From contig NW_027361798.1 of the NCBI RefSeq assembly GCF_039654945.1, forward strand, positions 3,360,079 through 3,412,000: DNA of 51,922 nt, given 5' to 3'. The DNA comes from Dendrobates tinctorius. Lineage: Eukaryota. The translations under genes and the position numbers were made by a program. Each line of letters opens with the position of its first letter. Within the stretch, counting starts at the first letter, position 1. Below, in pieces: positions 12,648-23,192 of this stretch. Below the pieces are notes generated by a model, which was given only the letters and a program-made list of their open reading frames with translations, searched no databases and had not been told where the DNA came from.

Positions 12648-14441
12648 ATGGCCAGAAAACAGTATGATTCATCTAAACCCCTTCATTTAGAAGAAATGAA
12701 GATTTTTTTGTTAGAAGATGATGAGGAAGAACCAGCAGTAACTGAGGATTTAGAGGAATCTAGTGACATTTCATCTGAAGATGAGGTAGCAGAATGTAAC
12801 ACTGATTCTGGAACAGAGCAGGATGGTGATGACACTGATACAGAGGAAACAGACACAGATCTAGCTTATTATTTGGGCAAAGATAAAAATACAAAGTGGA
12901 ACAAAAAGGCACCCAAGAACAAACAGCGCAGAGAATCCCACAATATTATTACACACCTTCCTGGAGTTATTGGAAGTGCTAGAAAAGCTAAAACTGCAGT
13001 GGAATGTTGGAGTAATCTAATTACAGATAGCATGTTGGAAACTATTGTTCGGTTCACTAACCAGTATATTGACACAATCAAAGAGCAATTCTCCAGAGAG
13101 AGGGACATCAAAAACACTGATGTGATTGAACTCAAGGCATTTATTGGCTTGTTATACCTAGCTGGTGCTTTCAGAGCAAATAGGCAAAGTTTGGAGGAGC
13201 TGTGGGGGACAGACGGTGATGGCATCGAAAAATTCAGCCTTGTGATGAATCTGAAACGATTCAAAGTCCTGATCCGTTGCCTCCGTTTCGATGATCGAAG
13301 TACCCGGACAGAACGAAAAGGTTATGACCGGCTTGCACCAATTCGGGACATATTTCAACAATTTATTATGAATTGTCAAAAAAGCTATTGCCCGGGGCAA
13401 AACCTCACTATTGATGAGATGCTTCCAGGTTTCCGTGGAAGATGTGGTTTTCGGCAATATATACCATCAAAGCCAAACAAATATGGAATTAAAATTTTTG
13501 CCATGGTTGATGCAAGGATGATGTACACTATGAACATGGAAGTTTATTGTGGAAGACAGCCACCAGGTCCTTTCAATGTGAGCAACAAGCCTAGTGATGT
13601 GGTAAAGAGAATTGCTGAGCCAATGTTTGGATCTGGTCGAAATATCACTGCTGACAACTGGTTTACTGACTTTGATCTGATTGATTTTTTAAAAACGAAA
13701 AAGCTGTCATATGTGGGAACTGTTAGAAAAAACAAAAGGCAGTTGCCGCCTGATTTTCTATATACAAAAGGCAAACAACAGTATAGCACTATGTTTGGGT
13801 TCAGTAATGGAAAGATTTTAGTTTCTTACATCCCACGCGAGAGGAAAAATGTGATTTTGGTCTCTTCATTACATAATGATTACACCATTGATCCAGAGTC
13901 TGGGGAGCTAAGGAAACCAGAAATCATAACTTTTTATAATTTGACCAAAAGCGGCGTTGACACTGCTGACCAAATGTGTGGCAATTTCAATGTAAGTCGA
14001 AATACCAAACGCTGGCCGATGGTAATCTTCTTTACAATGCTGAATGTGGGTGGCATCAACTCACAAGTAATTTACCTCAGTAATGAACTTAAACAAATGC
14101 GCAGAAGAATGTACCTAAAACAATTGGCTAATGAACTGGTGAGTGGAGAGCTAAGCCTAAGAAGTACAAAGACGGTTGGAATGCCCCTTGCCCTGCAACA
14201 CCGGTTGAAGAGATATCGTCCCAAGGACGTTCCAGAACAAACACCGACTCTACCACCTTCTAAAAGACGCAGTTGTACTACCTGCTCATTTGTATCTGGT
14301 TTCAGAAGGCTTTCTAAATATGACTGCAAAATATGTAAAGAATCAATCTGCCTTTCCCATGCAACTTTCGTCTGCCAGCCTTGCTTTTCTAAGTGTACCT
14401 GTGCTGCTTCTGCTGCAATTGAAACCACTGAAGATGAGTAG
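12648..14441 (+). CDS. piggyBac transposase, intact, 597 aa
   Basis: Acidic N-terminus; DDD triad in TIDEM, TADNWFT and GVDTADQ; FRGRC..YIPSKPNKYGIK block; C-terminal Cys/His-rich domain. Confidence 0.96.
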   Translation: MARKQYDSSKPLHLEEMKIFLLEDDEEEPAVTEDLEESSDISSEDEVAECNTDSGTEQDGDDTDTEETDTDLAYYLGKDKNTKWNKKAPKNKQRRESHNIITHLPGVIGSARKAKTAVECWSNLITDSMLETIVRFTNQYIDTIKEQFSRERDIKNTDVIELKAFIGLLYLAGAFRANRQSLEELWGTDGDGIEKFSLVMNLKRFKVLIRCLRFDDRSTRTERKGYDRLAPIRDIFQQFIMNCQKSYCPGQNLTIDEMLPGFRGRCGFRQYIPSKPNKYGIKIFAMVDARMMYTMNMEVYCGRQPPGPFNVSNKPSDVVKRIAEPMFGSGRNITADNWFTDFDLIDFLKTKKLSYVGTVRKNKRQLPPDFLYTKGKQQYSTMFGFSNGKILVSYIPRERKNVILVSSLHNDYTIDPESGELRKPEIITFYNLTKSGVDTADQMCGNFNVSRNTKRWPMVIFFTMLNVGGINSQVIYLSNELKQMRRRMYLKQLANELVSGELSLRSTKTVGMPLALQHRLKRYRPKDVPEQTPTLPPSKRRSCTTCSFVSGFRRLSKYDCKICKESICLSHATFVCQPCFSKCTCAASAAIETTEDE

Positions 14442-17400
14442 AAAATAATTAAGTAACATCTAAGTGCAATATCCTTTAAGTTTTTTTCCATAATTTTATA
14501 TTTAAGCAATAGTTAAGTAAAGATAACTGGAGCCTATTTGGCGGTACTACCGAAAAGTGGTACTTTTAGTTTTAATAAGTTTATGGTTAATAAATGGGTT
14601 TTTTTTGCATCTGATTTGGTGTAATCTCTTTTAATACATTCCTATGAAGGTCACTGACTACTTCTATAGTCCTGAAATTGAAATATGTAGCTACTATAGG
14701 TGGTTTTCTGACCTGTGCTTGTCAGGCACATTGCGCATGAACTGAGGAGAATCTATATTGCGCCTGACGGAGGGTTAAGGTGCGTCAAAGTTTGCATGAG
14801 CAGACGCATAAGTGGGATGCTCATGCTTAGGATGGCGTCGTCTGCGCTTACCAGCCGTGTGCATTCCTCAAAACACTGAAGGACTTTACAGAGGTCATTC
14901 AGCTTCGACCACTGCACGCCTGTCAACTCCATGTCTGCTCTCAAAGTGCCTGGCCGTGTATCCTCCCACAAATGCATTATGGCCTGCCTCTGCTCGCACA
15001 GCCGCTCCACCATGTGCAGGGTGGAGTTCCACCTTGTTGCAATGTCGATAATGAGGCGGTGGTTGGGAAGGTGGAGCAATCGCTGCAGCTTCTGCATACG
15101 AACGGAGTGTACAGGCGACCGGCGGATGTGCGCGCACAGTCTTCGCACCTTATGGAGCAGGGCTGTTAACTCCGGATAATTAGTGAGGAAGCACTGCACC
15201 ACCAGGTTCAAGGTGTGAGCCAAGCAAGGTATGTGGCTGAGTTTTGAAAGGGCTATGGCTGCCACAAAATTACGGCCGTTATCACTAACTACCTTGCCTG
15301 CCTCAAGATGTATACTGCCCAGCCATGACTCAGTTTGTCGCTTCAAGTACTCGGCCAGCACCTCGGCGGTGTGTCTGTCGCCCAAACACATCATCTGCAA
15401 CACAGCCTGCTGACGCTTTCCACTAGCTGCTCGATAGGGGGACACATCGTGTGCAACAGTGGCAGCTGCAGATGGAGTGCTTGTACGACTGCGCTCTGTG
15501 GACGAGCTTTCGCTTCTGGAGGAGGAGGAGGAAGAGGAGGAGGGTCGAACGCCTACAGCCAACTGTTTCCTATACCGTGGGCTAGGCAGCACTGTCCCAC
15601 CACCGCTATCCCCTGTGGACCCTGCATCCACCACATTAACCCAGTGCGCAGTGATGGACACGTAACGGCCCTGGCCATGCCGACTGGACCATGCATCAGT
15701 TGTGAGGTGCACCTTTCCGCTCATTGACTGCTTGAGTGCATGGACAATGCGGTCTTTCACATGATGGTGGAGGGCTGGGATAGCTTTGCGAGAGAAGAAG
15801 TGGCGACTGGGTAGGTCATAGCGTGGTACTGCATAGGCCATGAGTTCGCGGAAAGCTATGCTTTCCACCAACCGAAAGGGCATCATCTCAAACGAGATTA
15901 GTTTGGCAATGTGGGCGTTCAAACCCAGTGTACGCGGATGAGAGACTGAGTACTTTCTTGACCTACTCATAGTGTCTGGGAGGGTGAGCTGGACTTGAGA
16001 GCTGCATATGGTGGAAGTAGCGGTGGACAGGGCGGACTGAGAGAGGGTTGATGATGGTGATGGAGTTGGTGTTCTTTCTGATGGCCTAGAATCAGTCTTT
16101 CGTTGATATAACAGTGGGATTCCCTGACTGCTGTGGTCTTGCAACGACACCTCAACATTTGCTGCTGTGCTAACCGGTGGGCTTACAGTGGGGGAAACAA
16201 TGTAGCGTTGCTGACTACCTTCGTTGTGATCAGTTGCACATGGGGCACTTGAGGTTTGGTGTTGTGTCCACACTTGCAAGTGCATGCTGGTTAAGTGTCT
16301 AAGCATGCAACTGATATTCAAATTTTTCAGATTTTTCCCTCGGCTAAAGGTCTTTGCGCACTTCTTACAGATAACCTTGGCCTGATCATGAGGATTTTGT
16401 TCAAAAAAGTGCCACACTGCACTCTTCCTACTTTGGCAGACATTTTGCGGCCTAGCACGCTGTGATCTTTTGACCCTCTGGACAAGCTGTCCAGCAACTC
16501 TTTTGATGTTTGGAACCTGTCTTTGGAGTGCTCCGGGCCTGCCAGATAACAGCTGTGGCGATGTCGATGTCTGCTGTGGATGCTCCTCATCTGAGCTATT
16601 GGAAGCAGCACCCTCTTCCCCCAATGGATGCCAATCTGGGTCAACAACTGGGTCATCCATCACCTCCTCTTCTATGTCATGTGCACCTTCCTCTGTGTCA
16701 CCGTGTATGGTGGTATAGTGTGCGGGAAGGGGCACCTGAGTCTCATCATGGTCAGAATCTGGCTCTGCACACTGCGAGGACAATGTAGTGCTCTGAGTGA
16801 ATGTACCAGCAGAATCATCCATCAGCGGCTGTGCATCAGTGCACTCCATGTCAGATTCATCTTGGCCTGGGTAATTCACCATTTCACTTGATAATCCAGG
16901 CATGGTATGTGAAAACAGCTCCATGGAGTAATCAGTAGTATGGCCTGCGTCATCCTTCAATCTTGGTTGGGGTGAAGGACACAAGGAAAGGTGTGGTTCA
17001 TGAACATGAGCCTCCAATGACGACTCAGTGCTTTTACTTTTTACAACTGAAGAAGAGGAGGCGATAGAGCTGGAGGCTGAGTCAGCAATGTAAGACAAAA
17101 CTTTTTCCTGATGCTCTGGCTTTAAAAGCGGTTTGCCAACTCTTAGAAAACTAAGCGTTCGAGGCCTTATGTAGCCAGACGATGACGCAGGGTCAGCACC
17201 TCCTGCATTCGGTCCTATTTTGCTCTTGCCACTACCATCAGATCCACCACCAACACCATCATTACCAGCTGCCAACCCCCGCCCAATTCCACGGCCTCTT
17301 CCACCAGCCTTCCTCATTTTTGGTAGAAATGTAGACAAAATCCAACAAACTATATAGTAATGTAAAACAAGGTAAAAGGTGTCTATAGGACAGGGGAGAT

Positions 17401-17632
17401 TTTGAATTTCTGCAGACACTTGTGGACACTGGACACTTTTGGATTGTGTGAGGCCCACTGATATCTGAGCGCTATGTGACAGGCTCGATGGCACAGCTGT
17501 GACAAAAGTGACTAGAGGATAAGGGAGATTGGATTGCTTTTAAAAAAGCAGTTTGCGGAGCAGTGGGTAAACAGCAATGCAGGAATGTCAGGAAGCCTTA
17601 GAAGGCAGCCCAACAACCAACACCACTGATAC

Positions 17633-19015
17633 TGTTCCTATCTTCAAAAAGGGGAAGAAGGTGGACCCAGGCAACTATAGGCCGGTGAGTCTGACTTCTA
17701 TACCAGGAAAGATCTTTGAACAAATTATTAAACAACATGTATGTCAATACCTGGATAAGAATGAAGTGATTAAACAGAGTCAGCATGGGTTTGTAACTAA
17801 TAAGTCATGTCAGACTAATTTAATTTCCTTCTATGATGGTATTACTGATTGGGTGGATCAAGGAAATGCTGTAGATATAGTATATCTTGACTTCAGCAAA
17901 GCATTTGACAAAGTCTCTCATACAATCCTTATTGAAAAAATGACTAAGTATGGAATGGACAAGGCAACTGTTAGGTGGATTCATAACTGGCTTAGTGATC
18001 GGACCCAAAGAGTGGTCGTAAATGGCTGCACATCCAGTTGGAAGAATGTCTCAAGTGGGGTACCACAGGGCTCTGTCCTGGGCCCTGTATTGTTCAACAT
18101 CTTTATCAACGATTTAGATGAAGGAATTGAGGGTAAACTGATTAAATTTGCTGATGACACAAAGCTAGGAGGGATAGCTAATACTAGAGAAGAGAGAGAG
18201 AGGATTCAAAAAGATTTAAATAAACTGGAGAAGTGGGCAGCAACTAACAGAATGGTTTTTAACAGGGAGAAATGCAAAGTACTACATCTGGGCAATAAAA
18301 ATGAAAAAAGCATATATAGAATGGGAGGAATAGGGCTAAGTGACAGCACATGTGAAAAAGACTTGGGTATACTAATAGATCACAGACTGAATATGAGTCA
18401 ACAGTGTGATGCAGCAGCAAAAAAGGCAAATGCAATTCTAGGATGTATTAACAGAAGCATACAGTTTAGATCACGTGAAGTAATTATTTCCCTCTACTCC
18501 TCTTTGGTCAGACCTCATCTGGAATATTGTGTCCAATTTTGGGCACCACATTTTAAAAAAGACATCAACAAACTGGAGCAAGTTCAGAAAAGAGCGACCA
18601 GAATGGTGACCGGTCTGCAAACCCTGTCTTATGAGGAAAGGTTGCAGGATTTGGGAATGTTTAGTTTGCAAAAGAGAAGACTGAGAGGAGACTTAATAGC
18701 TGTCTACAAATATCTAAAGGGCTGTCACATTGTAGAAGGATCAACTTTATTCTCATTTGCACAAGGAAAGACTAGAAGCAATGGGATGAAACTGAATGGG
18801 AGGAGACACAGATTAGATATTAGAAAAAACTTTTTGACAGTTAGAGTGATCAATGAGTGGAACAGGCTGCCACGAGAAGTGGTGAGTTCTCCTTCAATGG
18901 AAGTCTTCAAACAGAGGCTGGACAGACATCTAACTGGGATGATTTAGCGAATCCTGCTTTGAGCAGGGGGTTGGACCAGATGGCCCAGGAGGTCCCTTCC
19001 AACTCTACGATTATA
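17633..19015 (+). mobile_element. CR1 copy 2, 5'-truncated, RT frame open to 18947, inserted in the hAT-B upstream repeat
   Basis: Near-identical to copy 1; TGATAC on both sides (17627-17632, 19016-19021); uninterrupted site visible in the sister repeat at about 19681-19720. Confidence 0.96.
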
Positions 19016-19195
19016 TGATACACCACTATATAGCCTCCCCTTGCACTGCACACACAGTGACTGGTGTGTTGTGCAGGCCAAATTGCTAGCAGCAGAAGCA
19101 GTTTTTTTTTCTTCTCAGCAGGACAAAAAAAAAAAATTGGGATTGCTTTTAAAAAAGCAGTTTGCGGAGCAGTGGGTAAACAGCAATGCAGGAAT

Positions 19196-19261
19196 ACAGA
19201 AAGCAAAAAACACAAATATCCTGAACTAAAAGTAAAAAATATACTGCAAATAATGCATAAA

Positions 19262-19311
<50 letters not shown>

Positions 19312-19427
19312 GGGTATTTAGTAAACATAATTTTGATCAAAATAATGTACAAGCCATCCCGCCACGTCACGGCAACCCTTGTGGGCTTGTACATTATTTT
19401 GATCAAAATTATGTTTACTAAATACCC

Positions 19428-19489
<62 letters not shown>

Positions 19490-19641
19490 TTTATGCATTA
19501 TTTGCAGTATATTTTTTACTTTTAGTTCAGGATATTTGTGTTTTTTGCTTTCTGTTTTCTCTGGTTAATGGTCATGTGTTAAAATGCACTTACATTGTGC
19601 ATACACATTAACTTACTTGTCTCAGTTCAGATTTGTTTTTT
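19196..19641. mobile_element. 446-bp foldback insertion with (AAT)n-containing arms and a 14-bp TSD; possibly Penelope-like
   Basis: Arms 19196-19355 and 19384-19555; flanking direct repeat AGCAATGCAGGAAT at 19182-19195 and 19642-19655; family assignment is inference. Confidence 0.7.
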
Positions 19642-20152
19642 AGCAATGCAGGAATGTCAGGAAGCCTTAGAAGGCAGCCCAACAACCAACACCACTGATA
19701 CACCACTATATAGCCTCCCCTTGCACTGCACACACAGTGACTGGTGTGTTGTGCAGGCCAAATCGCTAGCAGCAAAAGCAGTTTTTTGTCTTCTTCCCTG
19801 CCTAACGCTCTCCCTACAGAATCAGCAGCAACCTCTCCCTATACTAAGATCGGCAGAAGTAAGATGGCGGTCGGCGTGCACGCCCTTTTATACCCCCTGT
19901 GACGCCCACCAAAGCAAGCCAATCACTTGCATGCCCTTCTGAAAGATGGTGGTGACCCGTGCCTATGTCATCACGTTGCCCACAGTGTCCGTGGATCCTG
20001 ATTGGCTGAAAAAGAGCGCAAAACAAACTTTTGAAACGTGACTTTGGCGCGTAAGTCGCCGACCTCGTGGCCGACCTCATCCTAGGGTCGGGTTTCGTTT
20101 CATGAAAAGTCGGCGACTTTTGAATTTTTTCGACCCGTTTCGCTCAACTCTA
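19642..20152 (-). mobile_element. hAT copy B 5' terminal region with TIR and promoter-like motifs
   Basis: TAGAGTTGAGCGA terminus on the minus strand; TATAAAAG on the minus strand near 19886-19893; AAGATGGCG YY1-like motif; CCAAT boxes. Confidence 0.8.
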
Positions 20153-23100
20153 CCGGTCACCATTCTGGTCGCTCTTTTCTGAACTTGCTCCAGTTTGTTG
20201 ATGTCTTTTTTAAAATGTGGTGCCCAAAACTGGACACAATATTCCAGATGAGGTCTGACCAAAGAGGAGTAGAGGGAAATAATGACTTCACGTGATCTAG
20301 ACTGTATGCTTCTGTTAATACATCCTAGAATTGCATTTGCCTTTTTTGCTGCTGCATCACACTGTTGACTCACATTCAGTCTGTGATCTATTAGTATACC
20401 CAAGTCTTTTTCACATGTGCTGTTGCTTAGCCCTATTCCTCCCATTTTGTATATGCTTTTTTCATTTTTATTGCCCAGATGTAGTACTTTGCATTTCTCC
20501 CTGTTAAAAACCATTCTGTTAGTCGCTGCCCACTTCTCCAGTTTATTTAAATCTTTTTGAATCCTCTCTCTCTTCTCTAGTATTAGCTATCCCTCCTAGC
20601 TTTGTGTCATCAGCAAATTTAACCAGTTTACCCTCAATTCCTTCATCTAAATCGTTGATAAAGATGTTGAACAATACAGGGCCCAGGACAAAGCCCTGTG
20701 GTACCCCACTTGAGACATTCTTCCAACTGGATGTGCAGCCATTTACGACCACTCTTTGGGTCCGATCACTAAGCCAGTTATGAATCCACCTAACAGTTGC
20801 CTTGTCCATTCCATACTTAGTCATTTTTTCAATAAGGATTGTATGAGATACTTTGTCAAATGCTTTGCTGAAGTCAAGATATACTGTATCTACAGCATTT
20901 CCTTGATCCACCCAATCAGTGATTCCGTCATAGAAGGAAATTAAGTTAGTCTGACATGACTTATTAGTTACAAACCCATGCTGACTGTTACGACGGCGGA
21001 ACACGCTTAAAAAAATATAAATAAACGTGTTCGCCGCCCGGGGTCCACCGTGCGGCAGGTGAAATAACCGCTGCTAAAATGGCAGAACACAGGGACGATA
21101 ATGTGCACAAGGTTTAACTGCACCTGGTGCACAAAAGTAGCTCTGTTGAGGTCACAGAGCTGCACATGAAAAGTAATGCAGAAGCAGGCTGTTTCACAGA
21201 CAGAGCTGCAAACAAAACAAAAATACAAAGAACGCCGAGTCTGTATCAGCTTCACAGACCATCAGCGGCACACGTGCGGTAGTCAGGGATCGGAGTAGTT
21301 CAAGACAACACTACAACCGGATAGATTTACCGTGGCAGACCGTGTGCACGGCGTCGCAACTGCGGACGCCAAAAGCGACTGCAAGCGCGAATTTAACAGG
21401 CGCAATGCAGAACGCTGGCCGCTGTAACGAATGATGCTTGAGCGCGCTGGCGCTAGCGCAATACTGGCTGTCCCAATCACTCACACAAACGTAATATCCG
21501 AGGGAAGGGGTTTCATAATAAGTCATTCTCCAGACCAAGCATCCATCACCAAGCACACAGCAGCAAGTATAGAAAATACTAGCGCATGGCATAGCGGCCA
21601 TGCGCACTTTTTATAGCGTACGGGACCTGCCGGAAATCTCCAGAGCCCCGAGCATAACCAATCAAATCAGGAGCAGGACCTGAGCACCTGACTCCTGAAC
21701 TCCAGTGAGAGCTCGTCCCGAGAGCATGCTCAGTAGCAGGGAAAAAGGACTTAGCCTCTGGAGACAAATGTGAGAATCTGGGTTGCTGCATAAGCATAGA
21801 CTGACCCAGATTCCTAACACTGACTCTGTTTAATCACTTCATTCTTATCCAGGTACTGACATACATGTTGTTTAATAATTTGTTCAAAGATCTTTCCTGG
21901 TATAGAAGTCAGACTCACCGGCCTATAGTTGCCTGGGTCCACCTTCTTCCCCTTTTTGAAGATAGGAACAACATTTGCTCTTCTCCAGTCTTCTCCTGTT
22001 CTCCAAGAATTTTCAAAGATTATGGAGAGGGGTTCAAAAATTTCTCCTGCTATCTCCTTCAGTACTCTAGGGTGTAATTCATCTGGACCTGGAGACTTGA
22101 ATTCATTTAGGTTAGCTAAGTGTTTCCTCACTATCTTTCTGTTTATAGATATCCCGGATTCTTCTATTCCCTTAATAGGAGAGTGAAGAACCGTTGATGT
22201 TACATTTACTTTCTGAGAGAAAACAGAGGCAAAATGGGAATTTAAAAGTTCGGCCTTCTCAACATCCTGTCTTACCATTTCATCATTTTCATCCTGTAAA
22301 AATCCTATAGCATCTTTGGCTTTTCTTTTACGTTTCACATATCACCAAAATCCTTTATTATTGCTTTTGACGTCTCTTGAAAGCCTCAATTCATTGTCAG
22401 CTTTAGATAATCTGATTTGTGCCCTGCAGGTTCTGCAGACAGCATTATATTCTTCTTTAGATATGCCTCCCTCTTTCCATTTTATAAACATTTCTTTCTT
22501 CCTTTTTAGCATGTGCTTAAGTTCTGTGTTCACCCATCCTGGTTTCCTTAAATGTTTCCTATTCTTCCCTCTTTTCGGAATTGTTAACAATTGTTCTTTG
22601 AGAAATTCATTTTTCAAGATTTCCCATCCTTCCTGGACATTTTTGTCTTTAAGGATATCCAGCCATTGGATCCCTCCAATTCTCTTTCTGAATCCCTTAA
22701 AATCTGCCTTTCTGAAATCTAACCTTGACGTCTGAGTCTTCACAGGTCTTCCTCCTCTAGTTATCCAAAATTCTAAAATAGCATGGTCGCTACCTCCTAG
22801 GGTCCCAGCCACTTTTACCTCCTCAACCATTTCCTCCCTGTTTATAAGGATTAGATCCAAGGTTGCAGTTCCCCTTGTTTTCTCCCCTACCTTTTGGAAG
22901 ATAAAGTTGTCAGCAAGAGAAGATAAGAATTTCCTTGACCTGTTAGTTTTGCCTGAGAGAGATTCCCAACAAATGTCTGGATAGTTGAAATCTCCCATGA
23001 CAACTATGTCATATTTTTTGGAGAACTTGGCCATTTGATGCATAAAGAGTTCATCCATATCTTCAGCTTGCACAGGCGGCCTGTAGTAAATGCCTACAAT

Positions 23101-23192
23101 GGTGTCCTTTCCATTGTTCTGTCCTTGTATTCTTACCCAAACAGTTTCCACAGAACTCCCAGTCTCTGAAGCTTCAATCTCTGTGCAGATAT
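20153..23192 (-). mobile_element. CR1 copy 3, degenerate ORF2 (part of the APE endonuclease and RT), split by a solo LTR and cut at its 3' side by hAT-B
   Basis: GIYYRPP, GDFN, SDH and FADD motifs; stop near 22342, frameshift near 20565, 9-bp deletion near 21990. Confidence 0.95.
20986..21819 (-). mobile_element. Gypsy-type solo LTR, 834 bp
   Basis: TGTTA...TAACA ends; 5-bp TSD CTGAC (20981-20985, 21820-21824); TATA box on the minus strand. Confidence 0.92.

Larger units (their letters stand above)
12252..14774 (+). mobile_element. Full-length piggyBac transposon, 2523 bp
   Basis: Perfect 19-bp TIRs CCCTCCGTCAGGCGCAATA (12252-12270 and 14756-14774); TTAA TSD at 12248-12251 and 14775-14778. 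Confidence 0.97.
11788..17317 (-). pseudogene. hAT copy B transposase (BED finger and DDE), split by the piggyBac and truncated at its 3' end by the CR1 fragment
   Basis: ATG at 17317; SAVWHFF..CKKC..H..H BED finger; LTTDAW, VSDNG, CLAH and TRWNST motifs; frame continues across the piggyBac site (LTHLKEQASAANVDEEEE) to LDPRYK; dimerization domain absent. Confidence 0.93.
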
